Assembly: GCA_963666215.2 (NCBI GenBank)
Contig: CAXWPL010000005.1
Location: 64,001-128,000, forward strand
DNA: 64,000 nucleotides
Origin: Acidobacteriota bacterium
GTDB lineage: Bacteria > Acidobacteriota > UBA890 > WLXD01
Direction of reading: 5' to 3'
The notes below the pieces were generated by a model. The model had not been told where the DNA came from and ran no database searches. It saw only the letters and a list, made by a program, of their open reading frames with translations. The position numbers and the translations under genes were made by a program. How positions within the stretch are numbered: the stretch's first letter is position 1; every line of letters begins with the position of its first letter. Below, piece after piece: positions 38,444-48,310 of the stretch.

Positions 38444-39865
38444 ATGAGCACGCAATCGGAACCGCTACGATCTCGCCGCTCGGAGGTGTGGGGCGACTTC
38501 AAGGCAGCCTTCCGCGGCACCCACGAGGAGGACTACACCGAAGGGCCCGTGGGAAGGGCGATTCTGCTTCTCGCGGTGCCGATGGTCCTCGAGACGGTCA
38601 TGGAGTCGGTGTTCGCCGTCGTCGACATCTTTTTCGTGTCGCGCATCGGGCCCTCGGCGGTTGCCACCGTGGCGCTCACCGAGTCGATGCTGACGCTGAT
38701 CTACACGGTAGCCCTCGGGCTGTCGATTGGCGTCGCGGCCACGGTGTCTCGCCGCATCGGCGAGAAAAACACCGATGGCGCCGCGCGAGCGGCGGTGCAG
38801 TCGATCGTGCTCGGCATCGCGATCGCCGCCGTCCTGGCGGTGCTGGGCGTCGTCTTCGCCGAGCAGCTACTCGGATTGATGGGCGGTTCGGAGGCGACCG
38901 TCAAGGAGTACTCGGGATACACCCGCATCATGCTCGGCGGCAACGTCACCGTGCTGCTGCTATTCCTCATCAACGCCGCCTTCCGCGGTGCCGGCGACGC
39001 TGCGATCGCGATGCGTGTGCTTTGGGCTTCGAACGCCATCAACATCGTTCTGGACCCGACGCTGATCTTCGGACTCGGCCCCTTCCCGGCACTGGGCATC
39101 GAGGGTGCCGCGATCGCCACCAACATCGGACGCGGCACCGCGGTGCTCATGCAGTTCTACTTGCTGACTCGCGGCGACGGCCGGTTGGCCATCGCTGCCC
39201 GCCACGTGAAGATCTTGCCCTCACTGATGTGGCGCCTTGTGCGGCTGTCGGGTACCGGGATGTTTCAGATCTTCATCAGCATGGCCAGCTGGATCGGACT
39301 CATCCGGATCCTGGCCGGCTTCGGTGATGAGGTGCTCGCTGGTTACGCCGTGGCTATCCGCGTGATCATCTTCGCCCTCTTCCCGAGCTGGGGCATGAGC
39401 AACGCGGCGGCGACAATGGTCGGTCAGGCGCTGGGGGCCGGCAAGCCGGAGCGCGCCGAAAGTGCCGTCTGGATAGCCGGCTTCTACAATATGATCTTCC
39501 TCGGCGTGACCGGTGCGATTTACGTGGTGTTCGCGCCAACGATCATCGGTTGGTTCACCACCGACGCCATCCCGCTGCAGACGGGAGTGATGGGGCTCCG
39601 TATCGTCAGCGCCGGCTTCCCTTTTTTCGCCTATGGGATGGTGCTCACGCAGTCCTTCAACGGTGCGGGAGACACGTGGACGCCGACGGTCATCAACCTC
39701 TTCTGCTTCTGGCTGTTCGAGCTGCCTTTCGCGTACGCCCTGGCTCACTTCCTGCGGTTCGGTCCTAACGGCGTCTTCATCGCCATGGCACTCTCGTTCT
39801 CGATGCTCGCAGTGGTGAGCGGCGTCGTCTTCAAGCGCGGGCACTGGAAAACCAAGGTCGTGTAG
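38444..39865 (+). CDS. MATE-family efflux transporter
   Basis: LAVPMVLE, FRGAGDA, NIVLDP, GIEGAAIAT, FNGAGDT, about 12 TM segments. Confidence 0.93.
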   Translation: MSTQSEPLRSRRSEVWGDFKAAFRGTHEEDYTEGPVGRAILLLAVPMVLETVMESVFAVVDIFFVSRIGPSAVATVALTESMLTLIYTVALGLSIGVAATVSRRIGEKNTDGAARAAVQSIVLGIAIAAVLAVLGVVFAEQLLGLMGGSEATVKEYSGYTRIMLGGNVTVLLLFLINAAFRGAGDAAIAMRVLWASNAINIVLDPTLIFGLGPFPALGIEGAAIATNIGRGTAVLMQFYLLTRGDGRLAIAARHVKILPSLMWRLVRLSGTGMFQIFISMASWIGLIRILAGFGDEVLAGYAVAIRVIIFALFPSWGMSNAAATMVGQALGAGKPERAESAVWIAGFYNMIFLGVTGAIYVVFAPTIIGWFTTDAIPLQTGVMGLRIVSAGFPFFAYGMVLTQSFNGAGDTWTPTVINLFCFWLFELPFAYALAHFLRFGPNGVFIAMALSFSMLAVVSGVVFKRGHWKTKVV

Positions 39866-40073
39866 TCAGGCGGTGCAACGCCAGCGGGCATCGCCGAGTC
39901 CTGCAGCAGATCGTTGTCGGCGTTGACCTTGCGTGGGATTGCGCTGCAACTCGCGGACATAGAACATGGCCAAGCTTCCGAGAGGCAGCCTAGAATTGAC
40001 CCCGAATCAACGAACGCAGGTGGCCGGTCGCGCGTCTTCCGGCCCTCGATCGGAAGCCTCAGCCAGGAACCCT

Positions 40074-41225
40074 ATGCACGCGATACCCAAGCTCGTCGGG
40101 CCCCTCGGCGGCGTGTTGTCTGCGCTCGCAGCAGCGTTCTTGTCTCTGATCTTGGCAGCTGATGTCGTTGGCCTGGCCAGCGCCAGCCAGCTGGTGCTGG
40201 CCCCGGCGCTGACGCGCCTGCTGCCAGCGAGCTTGGAACTGTCTACGCGCGACGTCGTGGACGTGCGGAGCGCACGGGTGTTGTCCAAGACGCTCGATTC
40301 CCGGATCGATCAGGAAACCAGTGTCGTCGCCATCGTCAGCGTCGCAGCGCCCTTCGAGCTCGTCGCCGAGCTCTACCCCACTCCCGAGTTTTCCGTGGAG
40401 GCGGCCGACGCCGTTGAGTTCGGTTGGTTCAGCGATCCGCCGACGCCCGACGATATCGCCACCATGACGCTCGACGACCGCGACTTCGCCGGGCTCAGCA
40501 CCTGCCGAGTAGGCAGCTGCAAGCTCAAGATGCCGAGCGATTGGATGCTGCGATTCGCGCCTGCGCCCGCGACCGCCGGAGGCGTCGGCGCTTTGCCGGG
40601 CGGAGCGGCACGCGCGGGCGCCGCGCCCGGAAAGATCGAAGCCGCCAGCATCTATCGCGAGCTTCTCGGAACCTACGCCGCCAGATACGCCGGCAGCGGC
40701 TTCGACCCCTCCTCGCTCACGCTCTACCACGACAAGTCCAACGAGCTCCGAGTTGCCGACGAGCTCGCCGGCATTCTGGAGGAGTCTCCCTACCTACGCC
40801 TGCAAGCGCCCGAGCTGTACGACTTTGTGGCCGGGCTCGCCGCCGCGCCCGAGGGAGCTCGGGCGCGACTTCTGTGGATGAAGGAAGACATCGGCACGAG
40901 CAAACGCGTCACGACGCTGGTGCACCAGATCGTCTACCGACCGCCAGGCCGCGAACGAGTAACGATCCTCAACAAGCAGCTCTACGGCAACCACTACTTC
41001 GAGGCCGCGCTGAGCATCACGCACGTGATTCCGCATTCGCTGGGCAGGGGCGCATATCTGCTACACATCTACCGCGCCCGCATCGATAGACTGCGAGGTT
41101 GGGGCCTGTTTCACGGTCGCATCCGCAGCGGCATTCGCAACCGGATCGGCGAGCGCATGGACCAGGCGCGCCAGCGCTTCGAGGCGGCCGCGAAGCAAGC
41201 GCAGTCACCGCGTCACCGTCGATAA
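40074..41225 (+). CDS. Secreted hypothetical protein
   Basis: Long ORF with signal-like N-terminus. CRVGSCKLK, WMKE, KQLYGNHYF. Function unknown. Confidence 0.7.
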   Translation: MHAIPKLVGPLGGVLSALAAAFLSLILAADVVGLASASQLVLAPALTRLLPASLELSTRDVVDVRSARVLSKTLDSRIDQETSVVAIVSVAAPFELVAELYPTPEFSVEAADAVEFGWFSDPPTPDDIATMTLDDRDFAGLSTCRVGSCKLKMPSDWMLRFAPAPATAGGVGALPGGAARAGAAPGKIEAASIYRELLGTYAARYAGSGFDPSSLTLYHDKSNELRVADELAGILEESPYLRLQAPELYDFVAGLAAAPEGARARLLWMKEDIGTSKRVTTLVHQIVYRPPGRERVTILNKQLYGNHYFEAALSITHVIPHSLGRGAYLLHIYRARIDRLRGWGLFHGRIRSGIRNRIGERMDQARQRFEAAAKQAQSPRHRR

Positions 41226-41238
41226 CCAGTGTAGCGCG

Positions 41239-41700
41239 CTAGGACCCCGCTTCGCTCTCGAGCTCGGGAGCGTAGACCTCGCGTAGGCGCTCGTGATAGT
41301 TCCCGAGCAGACCGCCCAATACCGCGTGCTCCTCGGTGACGGCGGCACGCAGATCCTCGGATGTCAGGTAGTCGTGCAGAACCGACGCCATGATCTTGGC
41401 GTCCATCAGGAACGCGGTGTGACCAACCTCGCCTAGCGCATCGGTCTCCATCTGTTTCGTGTGGTAGGTCCCCGTGGAGCTGTACACGCTCACACCAACG
41501 CCCGGGATGTCACGCGTCACCCAGCCGGTTTCTTCGTATCCAGCCGGGCGCTGCGGCTCAGGATTCAGGCGAGGGGCGCCGATCTCGCTGGCGAACCGAC
41601 CACGGGCATCGATTCCGACGGTGAGGCCAGCGACCCCACAAGCAGCACTGCGGAGGCAAGAGTCAGCTGACGGAGAGGGAAACCGCGACGTCGTGGTAGA
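41239..41700 (-). pseudogene. Internally deleted M20-like amidohydrolase/peptidase (N-terminal stub joined to C-terminus)
   Basis: GYEETGWVTRDIPG...YHT resembles an M20 C-terminus. The metal-binding N-terminal domain is absent. Confidence 0.55.
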
Positions 41701-41716
41701 TCGCAAGGGCAGTCCC

Positions 41717-44700
41717 CTAGCGCCTGCCACCCGGAGCATCTGGGCTGTTCAAGGCTGCAATGAGGTCGTCGAGCTCGGCCGCCAGCTCCGCGTGCCGGGC
41801 GCGCGCGTCGTGTCCAGGCGCTTGATCTGCCTGGTTGAGGTTTTGATACAGGTAGGAGAGCTGGTCTACGAGCATCGGCGGCGAGTACCGAATGGACGCC
41901 GTAATCAGCGCGTCGTGAATCCGCTGCAGGCGTGGGGACGGCGACACGCCGCCCGCGTCGGCAACCCGCTGTTTCACTTCCTCGGCCGCATGACGGGCGC
42001 GAGAGAGTGCGTCGCGGACCTGTAGCGAGAACTCCGTCTGCTCGGCCACCGCCGCCACCGAGACGCCACTGGCCGTCACTCGAGGATCCATCATCACCTC
42101 CACCGATCGCTCGAGCTGGCTGCCGGCGACGGTAAGCCGCACGCTGTAGGTGCCCGGCGGAACCAAGGGGCCACCGCGTCCAGCTCGCCGTTCGTCGGCG
42201 TCCCAGGCGCCCGCATAGCGCAGATCCCAGACGAAGCGATTCATTCCGGCAGCGCTGGGAAGTCGCGGCGTTCCGAGACTCTCGAGACGTGGCCCACGCA
42301 TTCCTGGCTCGGCTGGCTCAACAACGCTCTCCGCGTCCGAGTCGGCGACGTCACTCGAGAAGGCACGCACAAGGCGTCCTCGAGGATCGAAGATCTCGAG
42401 CTCGATGCGACCCTCCGCCTCGGCTGCGAGGTAGTAGTCAACCGTCGCCCCGAGGGGCGCATATTCGGGCTCGTGTGGCGCAGGCTCACGAGAACCACCG
42501 AAACCGCCGCCTCGTATCCGCAGCGCCGGTCGCGCCTCGAATAGATGCACCGCGCGGGTGGCGAGGTCAGCGGTGGCCTCATGCAGCGGAGTCAGATTGT
42601 CGAGAATCCAGAATCCGCGGCCCATCGTCGAGAGCACGAGGTCGCGGTGCACAACCTTCATGTCGGTAATCGGTGTCACCGGCAGGTTCAGCTGTAGCGA
42701 CTGCCAGTTGCTACCGTTGTCGAACGACAGGAAGACGCCGAATTCGGTACCCGCATAGAGCAGGCCGGCACGATCGGGATCCTCGCGCACCACGTGTACC
42801 GGGTGATCGTCGGGGATCCCGTTGGTCCCCGGAGTCAGCAACGTCCAGCTCGCCCCGTAGTCGTCGGTTCGAAAGGCGTACGGTCGGAAATCGCCGAGCT
42901 GGTAGCGCAGAATCGAGACGAAGGCAGTGGCTGCGTTGTGCGGCGAGACCTCGATCGTTTGCACCCGCCCGAAGCGCTCGATATCGGGAGGCGTTACGTT
43001 CGTCCAGTCGACCCCACCGTTGCGGGTGACGTGCACCGGGCCATCGTTGGCACCGGCCCAGATGACGCCAGGCTCGTGTGGCGACTCCTGGATGTCGTAG
43101 AGCACGCTGAAGTGCTCCTCGCCCGTTACATCTCGCGTGATGGGCTCGCCGGACGCCACCTGGGTCTCGGGTGCGAACTCGGTGAGGTCGGGTGAGATCT
43201 GGCGCCAGGTCTTGCCGCCGTCGTCGGTCACGTGGACATACTGCGAGCCGTGGTAAACGCGCGTCGAGCTGTGCGGCGACACGTGCACCGGCGCGACCCG
43301 TTGGAAGCGATACGGCAGATCCTTCGGGTTGCGACCGTAGAGATTCCAGAAGCCCACGTAGTACTGCTGCTCCTGTCCGGTGCGGCGGTCGTATACCCCG
43401 AAGCGGCCCTTGCAGTTGGCGTAGACGATGTCGGGGTCGCCCGGCTTCGGAACCGCCGGGCCGGTCTCGCAGCCGCCGTGCTCCTCCCAATAGGCGCTGT
43501 GACCACCGGGGCGACCACTCAGCGCCATGCTCGGCACCGAGATCGTCGTGTTGTCCTGCTGGCCGGCATAGAGGCGGTAGGGGAACTCGTCGCTGACGTC
43601 GACCTGGTACAGCTCCGCCGTAGGTTGATTGTGCTGTGTGGACCAAGTGCTACCGCCGTCCCGGGTGACATTGGCGCCGCCGTCGTTGGACTGCACGAAC
43701 AGGTCCGGGTCGTCAGGGTTGATCCACATGTCGTGGTTGTCGCCGTGCGGCACACGGCTGCTGTTCCACGTCTCGCCACCGTCCTCCGACTTCCAGAACC
43801 CCTCTGCCATGCCCCAAAGAATGTCAGGATCGCCCGGATGCGCCTCGAGGTTGGTGTAGTAGAAGGCGCGGTTGCGAATCGGCTGAAAGTCGGTGACCTG
43901 CCTCCAGCTGGCGCCGCGGTCGTCCGAGCGGTAGACGCCACCCTCGCTGCCCGGAGCCTCCATCAGCACGTACACCCGGTCGGGATCCGCCGCGGACACC
44001 GCCAGATCGGCCTTGCCGCGCAGCCCACCTGGCAGCCCGTTCGTGAGCTGGGCCCAGGTCGCGCCACCATCCGCCGACTTGTAGACGCCGCCCTCCGTGC
44101 CGCCGCTGATGATCGTCCAGGGCTTACGCTCGGCGCGCCACATCGTGGCGTAGATCTCGTCGGGGTTGTCGGGGGCGAACTCGAGGTCAACGGCGCCGGT
44201 TTGCGCCGACACGAACAGAACCTTGGCCCAGCTGGCTCCGCCGTCCGTGCTGCGGTAAACGCCGCGCTCCGGGTTCGGCGCAAACGGGTTGCCAATTGCC
44301 GCTACCCACAACCGATCGGGGTCGGTCGGGTGAATGAGCACCGCGCCGATGTTGCCCACGGCCTCGAGACCGACGTGGCGCCAGCTCTTGCCAGCATCGA
44401 TCGACTTGTATACGCCCTTGCCGATGATGACGTTGGAGCGCAGCCCATCCGACCCCGTCCCGACAACGACGATCTGCGAGTCGGAATCGGCAACGCGGAT
44501 CGCGCCAATCGAGCCGGTGGCGAAGAAACCGTCGGAAATCGGCAACCAGCTGCTGCCGTAGTCGCTCGTCTTCCAAACACCACCGCCCGTGGACCCGGCA
44601 TAGAACACCCCGGGGGTGGCGCGGTGACCGGCAACAGCGGTTACACGCCCACCACGAGACGGACCGACCATGCGATAGCGAAGGCTCGACCAAAGGCCCG

Positions 44701-44998
44701 GGTCGGGAGCAAACACCCCGGGGGTGGCGCGGTGACCGGCAACAGCGGTTACACGCCCACCACGAGACGGACCGACCATGCGATAGCGAAGGCTCGACCA
44801 AAGGCCCGGGTCGGGAGCGGCGCCGAGCTCAGCAGCGCCGTATCGGCGCGAAGCGCTCTCCACCTCCCCTTCGGCGCGCTGCGCACCCTGTACCGGGACT
44901 CCGCCAGCTCCGACAATGATTGCGACGGCAACGGCTACTCCAGGCAGTCTGGAAGCCGGAGCCGGGGGAACAACATGACCGATCGATTTGCGCCGCAT
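41717..44998 (-). CDS. Secreted VPS10/BNR (Asp-box) beta-propeller glycosyl hydrolase-like protein
   Basis: VGPSRGGR, many S/TxDxGxxW boxes, HGDNH, LYAGTEFG, NRFVWDLRY, PPGTY. Confidence 0.88.
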   Translation of the reverse strand: MRRKSIGHVVPPAPASRLPGVAVAVAIIVGAGGVPVQGAQRAEGEVESASRRYGAAELGAAPDPGLWSSLRYRMVGPSRGGRVTAVAGHRATPGVFAPDPGLWSSLRYRMVGPSRGGRVTAVAGHRATPGVFYAGSTGGGVWKTSDYGSSWLPISDGFFATGSIGAIRVADSDSQIVVVGTGSDGLRSNVIIGKGVYKSIDAGKSWRHVGLEAVGNIGAVLIHPTDPDRLWVAAIGNPFAPNPERGVYRSTDGGASWAKVLFVSAQTGAVDLEFAPDNPDEIYATMWRAERKPWTIISGGTEGGVYKSADGGATWAQLTNGLPGGLRGKADLAVSAADPDRVYVLMEAPGSEGGVYRSDDRGASWRQVTDFQPIRNRAFYYTNLEAHPGDPDILWGMAEGFWKSEDGGETWNSSRVPHGDNHDMWINPDDPDLFVQSNDGGANVTRDGGSTWSTQHNQPTAELYQVDVSDEFPYRLYAGQQDNTTISVPSMALSGRPGGHSAYWEEHGGCETGPAVPKPGDPDIVYANCKGRFGVYDRRTGQEQQYYVGFWNLYGRNPKDLPYRFQRVAPVHVSPHSSTRVYHGSQYVHVTDDGGKTWRQISPDLTEFAPETQVASGEPITRDVTGEEHFSVLYDIQESPHEPGVIWAGANDGPVHVTRNGGVDWTNVTPPDIERFGRVQTIEVSPHNAATAFVSILRYQLGDFRPYAFRTDDYGASWTLLTPGTNGIPDDHPVHVVREDPDRAGLLYAGTEFGVFLSFDNGSNWQSLQLNLPVTPITDMKVVHRDLVLSTMGRGFWILDNLTPLHEATADLATRAVHLFEARPALRIRGGGFGGSREPAPHEPEYAPLGATVDYYLAAEAEGRIELEIFDPRGRLVRAFSSDVADSDAESVVEPAEPGMRGPRLESLGTPRLPSAAGMNRFVWDLRYAGAWDADERRAGRGGPLVPPGTYSVRLTVAGSQLERSVEVMMDPRVTASGVSVAAVAEQTEFSLQVRDALSRARHAAEEVKQRVADAGGVSPSPRLQRIHDALITASIRYSPPMLVDQLSYLYQNLNQADQAPGHDARARHAELAAELDDLIAALNSPDAPGGRR
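44604..44818. repeat. Perfect in-frame tandem duplication (107 identical bp, 108-bp period, 36 aa)
   Basis: 44604-44710 is identical to 44712-44818. APDPGLWSSLRYRMVGPSRGGRVTAVAGHRATPGVF appears twice. Confidence 0.95.
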
Positions 44999-45225
44999 GC
45001 AACAACCTCCTAGGCGGAAAGGAACGGCGTCAATCTACAGACGTAGCCGAAGCTGGGCAACGCGCCGGCGACGCCGAAAGAGTGGTGGTCGTAACGGCTG
45101 ACGATCCATGCCGGGTGGCCGAGATCCCACGGCGACGGATTCAACGGAATCGCGCTTAGCTGTCTTATAGGGATTAAATCTATGATTTCAGGCTGTTTTA
45201 CATGATCTGAGATCTCGTGCGATTT

Positions 45226-45273
45226 GTCTTTTTGTTCAAGCAAGTATTGCTATGCTTGAATAGTCAAAAAGAC
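45226..45273. promoter_or_regulatory. AT-rich bipartite inverted repeat (candidate operator or hairpin)
   Basis: GTCTTTTTG-TTCAAGCA-N10-TGCTTGAA-TAGT-CAAAAAGAC. Confidence 0.5.
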
Positions 45274-45308
45274 GCGATTCGGGACCGGGAAGACAGACCT
45301 GCGAGCGG

Positions 45309-45390
45309 GTGGGTGAGCTCGCGCATTCACTGAAGTCGAGCAGCGCCAACCTGAGGGCCGCGCGGCTAGCCGAGCTCTGCGGCAACCTCG
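45309..45390 (+). pseudogene. Hpt-domain remnant
   Basis: ELAHSLKSSSANLRAARLAELC matches the Hpt phospho-His motif. No start codon or upstream domains. Confidence 0.7.
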
Positions 45391-45511
45391 CGTACTCCGC
45401 GCAGCACCGGCGAAGGGAGCCGGTCTCGATGACCCTTGACTCACTCGTCGACAAGTGCGGTTCCGCTCGACCCGCCCAACGACCTTCGAAGACGCGCCGC
45501 GTAGCCCTGAC

Positions 45512-46290
45512 ATGCGCTCACAGAACAAAGATCAGCCGCTGGTGCTGATCGCCGACCGCGATCCATCCGTCCGACGACTGGGACGCGAGGCGCTGGCCAG
45601 CGTCGGGCTGCGCACGGTCGTCGCCGCCGACGGACCAGAAGTGCTGGCCCGGCTTGACGACGAACAGCCCGAGATCGTCCTCCTCGACGCTGACATGCCA
45701 GGTGCCGACGGCTTCGAGCTGTGCCGTCGGCTGCGTGGCGATCCCCGCCATTCGGAAACACCGATTCTCATGCTTACCGGTCTGTCGGACGCTGCCTCGA
45801 TCGACCACGCCTATGACCTCGGAGCCACCGACCTCATTACGAAGCCGGTCAACTGGGTCGTTCTGGCGCGACGCGTCCGTTGTGTACTACGTGCGCAACG
45901 CGCACGTGTCGATCTTGCCCGCAAGGGGGCGCACCTGCAGCACGCCCAGCGAATCGCGCGCGTGGGGTACTGGGAAAGCGAGCGTATGGCCGAGATGACC
46001 TTCTCGGACGAGTTCCTCGAGCTCGTGCCGCTGCCGTAGGAGGCCGGAGTACGCGGCTTTGCCGAGTACCTCGAGCGTGTTTCCCCGGACGATCGCAAGA
46101 AGGTCGAAGGCAGACGGCGTAGAGCATTCGGCTCCGGCGCGGCGTACACGATCCACTACCAGATCACCGACGCGGACGGCCAGGAGCGCTTCGTCGTCGA
46201 GCAGGCCGAGGTCGAACGCGGCGCCCGCAAGTCCGACGCCAAGATCGTGGGTACGATCCAGGATGTCACCGAGCGCCGACAGATCGACGC
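45512..46290 (+). pseudogene. REC-PAS signalling protein with an in-frame TAG and missing output domain
   Basis: REC domain (VLLDADMPGADG, ITKP), AQRIARVGYWE, TAG at 46037-46039. The frame continues VSPDDR...VGTIQDVTERR and then ends. Confidence 0.8.
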
Positions 46291-46744
46291 TGCGCTGCAT
46301 CCAACCCCGCTGCCCAGGGCGGCGAGTAAAATCGAGCACAACACTGCCGTACTCGTCAGCGGCTCGTGGGTCGACCGGCGAGACCAGAACGTTGAATTGA
46401 ACCGGCACCTGAGCTCCGTCGCCGATTCCCATCGCCAGGTCGAGACGGCCGTCAACTGGAATTGCGAGCTCGAAGATCAGACGCGCGGGAGTGACGACTT
46501 GGATCGCTCGCCGATGGACGCGTCCGCGCACTTCGCTGACCACGAACGGCGCGGAGTCGGGCAGCTCCGGGTTGTGGTATTCGACCTCGTCCAATAGCTC
46601 GTCGAGATGGGTAGGAGCGTGCTCCTCGAGCGTCGACCGACTCGGCACCGTGGGCGCTGAGCAACCGATGGCCAGGCCAGCCAGGCCAGCCAGAACGGCG
46701 GCGAATCGTCGGCAAACGAGCGAGATCAAAGGACGAGGAATCAT
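46275..46744 (-). pseudogene. N-terminal remnant of a lipoprotein (resembles the N-terminal beta-domain seen before sulfatase domains)
   Basis: Lipobox LAIGC, then IPVDGRLDLAMG, VQFNVLV, GWMQRSVDLSA. Collides with the PAS remnant. Confidence 0.5.
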
Positions 46745-46848
46745 GCTGCTGCGGATGATAGCAGCCGGCCCTGTGGCCGTTCGGCGGCCGGCCGAGCTGG
46801 ATCGGGCGACTTGCAAGTTGGCCTGGCGACCGATTAGTTGTCTGGTCG

Positions 46849-47637
46849 ATGAGGCTAGCAACGTGGAACATCAACGGCCTGCGGGCGCGGCTCGATTTCG
46901 TCCTTCACTGGCTGGCGGCACGCGAACCGGACGTGGTCGGGCTGCAAGAGCTCAAGCTGCCCAACGATCAGTTCCCGCATATGGCGTTCGAAGCGCTCGG
47001 GTATCAGGCGATCGTTCACGGCCAGAAGGCGTGGAACGGAGTGGCAGTGCTCAGCCGTCAACCAGCCGAGCAGCTGCAGGCGGGGCTTCCGGGCCAAGCC
47101 GAGGCCGGCGCTCGCCTGCTGACTGTACGCGTGGGCGGGATCGACTTCACGACCGTCTACTGCCCCAACGGCAAGAACATCGATCACCCTGACTTCCCTC
47201 GGAAATTGGCGTGGTTCGACGCGCTCGACGCCCATTTCGAAGCTCGGCTAGCCTCCGCAGACAGCACGGCAGCCTCGGTGTTGTGCGGCGACTTCAATAT
47301 CTGCCCGGCCGCGATCGACTCCTGGAATCCAGAGCGGATGCAGGGACACATCTTCCACACCGAGGCCGAGCGCGAACGCTTCGACCGGCTCGTGAGCCGC
47401 GGCCTCGCCGACATCTTCAGAACGCGTCACCCACAGGAACGGTTGTTCTCCTGGTGGGATTACCGAGGCGGAGCGTTCCACCGCAAGATGGGACTGCGAA
47501 TCGACCTGATTCTCGGCACCTCGAATGTCGCCGAGCGTACGCGCGAGATCTGGATCGACCGCGAGTACCGCAAAAAACAAGATGGCATGACCGCCTCCGA
47601 TCACGCGCCGGTGATTCTCGATCTCGACGACGCGTAG
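46849..47637 (+). CDS. xthA: Exodeoxyribonuclease III
   Basis: ATWNING, GLQELK, WNGVA, YCPNG, CGDFN, SWWDYR, RIDLI, SDHAPV. Confidence 0.95.
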   Translation: MRLATWNINGLRARLDFVLHWLAAREPDVVGLQELKLPNDQFPHMAFEALGYQAIVHGQKAWNGVAVLSRQPAEQLQAGLPGQAEAGARLLTVRVGGIDFTTVYCPNGKNIDHPDFPRKLAWFDALDAHFEARLASADSTAASVLCGDFNICPAAIDSWNPERMQGHIFHTEAERERFDRLVSRGLADIFRTRHPQERLFSWWDYRGGAFHRKMGLRIDLILGTSNVAERTREIWIDREYRKKQDGMTASDHAPVILDLDDA

Positions 47638-47669
47638 CCGCTCCCCCGGAGCGGGCGGCGCGCAGAAAG

Positions 47670-47742
47670 TGCCCTCGCCAGGACTCGAACCTGGGCACCC
47701 GGCTTAGGAGGCCAGTGCTCTATCCACCTGAGCTACGAGGGC
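47670..47742 (-). tRNA. tRNA-Arg(CCT)
   Basis: GCCCTCG acceptor stem, TAGCTCAGGTGGATAGAGC, anticodon arm CTGGC-CTCCTAA-GCCGG, GGTTCGAGTCC. Confidence 0.95.
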
Positions 47743-47845
47743 AACGGCACCGGTCGAGCAGCGCCGGGGCCAAGTCTATCTGGGTCGGCGCGAGCCGGCG
47801 GGTCGATCGCAAAGGGTGGGACGCTGGAGAGGTGACCTTCCGGAT

Positions 47846-48165
47846 TCACCGCAGTGCCCCGGCGCGGTGCACCAGCCGGTGGCGGTGCCGCGAGTCCGCC
47901 AGACCCACTCCGATCTCACGCCAGCGCCGCTCGGCAACGGCGGCGGTCGGCGCCGGGGGTGGCCTGTAGCCCAGGAGGTACGAGGCGCGGATTGTTGCGA
48001 GTGCGCTGCGGTAAGGCGTCACGAATGTCCTCGGCGTCGGTCTCTCTTGCGGCGGCGGCCCCCCAGCCGCCCGCGCCAGCGGCAGCCATACCAAGCCGAT
48101 CGAGAGGGCGGTCAGGAGGAGGGCCGGCAACAGCACCGCCTCGGGTCGCGTAACGCGCCTCACTG
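47846..48165 (-). pseudogene. Internally deleted VWA-domain (acidobacterial VWFA-related) protein
   Basis: Signal peptide joined almost directly to IRASYLLGYRP...RWREIGV...HRAG, which resembles that family's C-terminus. Confidence 0.55.
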
Positions 48166-48310
48166 GCTTCGCCAAAGCCCTAGACTCCGAGTACCGAGGG
48201 CGCGTGCTACGCGCGAATCGAACGGCCGCGAGCTCGACCGTTAGTTTTCGAGCATATCGGCTGCCAACGGTGGCCACGAACACGTGACAACTGCGATCGA
48301 CGGAGCGGGC

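Noticed and set aside
45155-45210. AT-rich stretch as a possible dif site or replication origin
   Set aside because: No XerD-arm match (TTATGTTAAAT) and no DnaA-box cluster.
45887-46861. 324-aa minus-strand ORF read as one gene
   Set aside because: It is a chimera of a lipoprotein stub and the antisense of the REC-PAS remnant.
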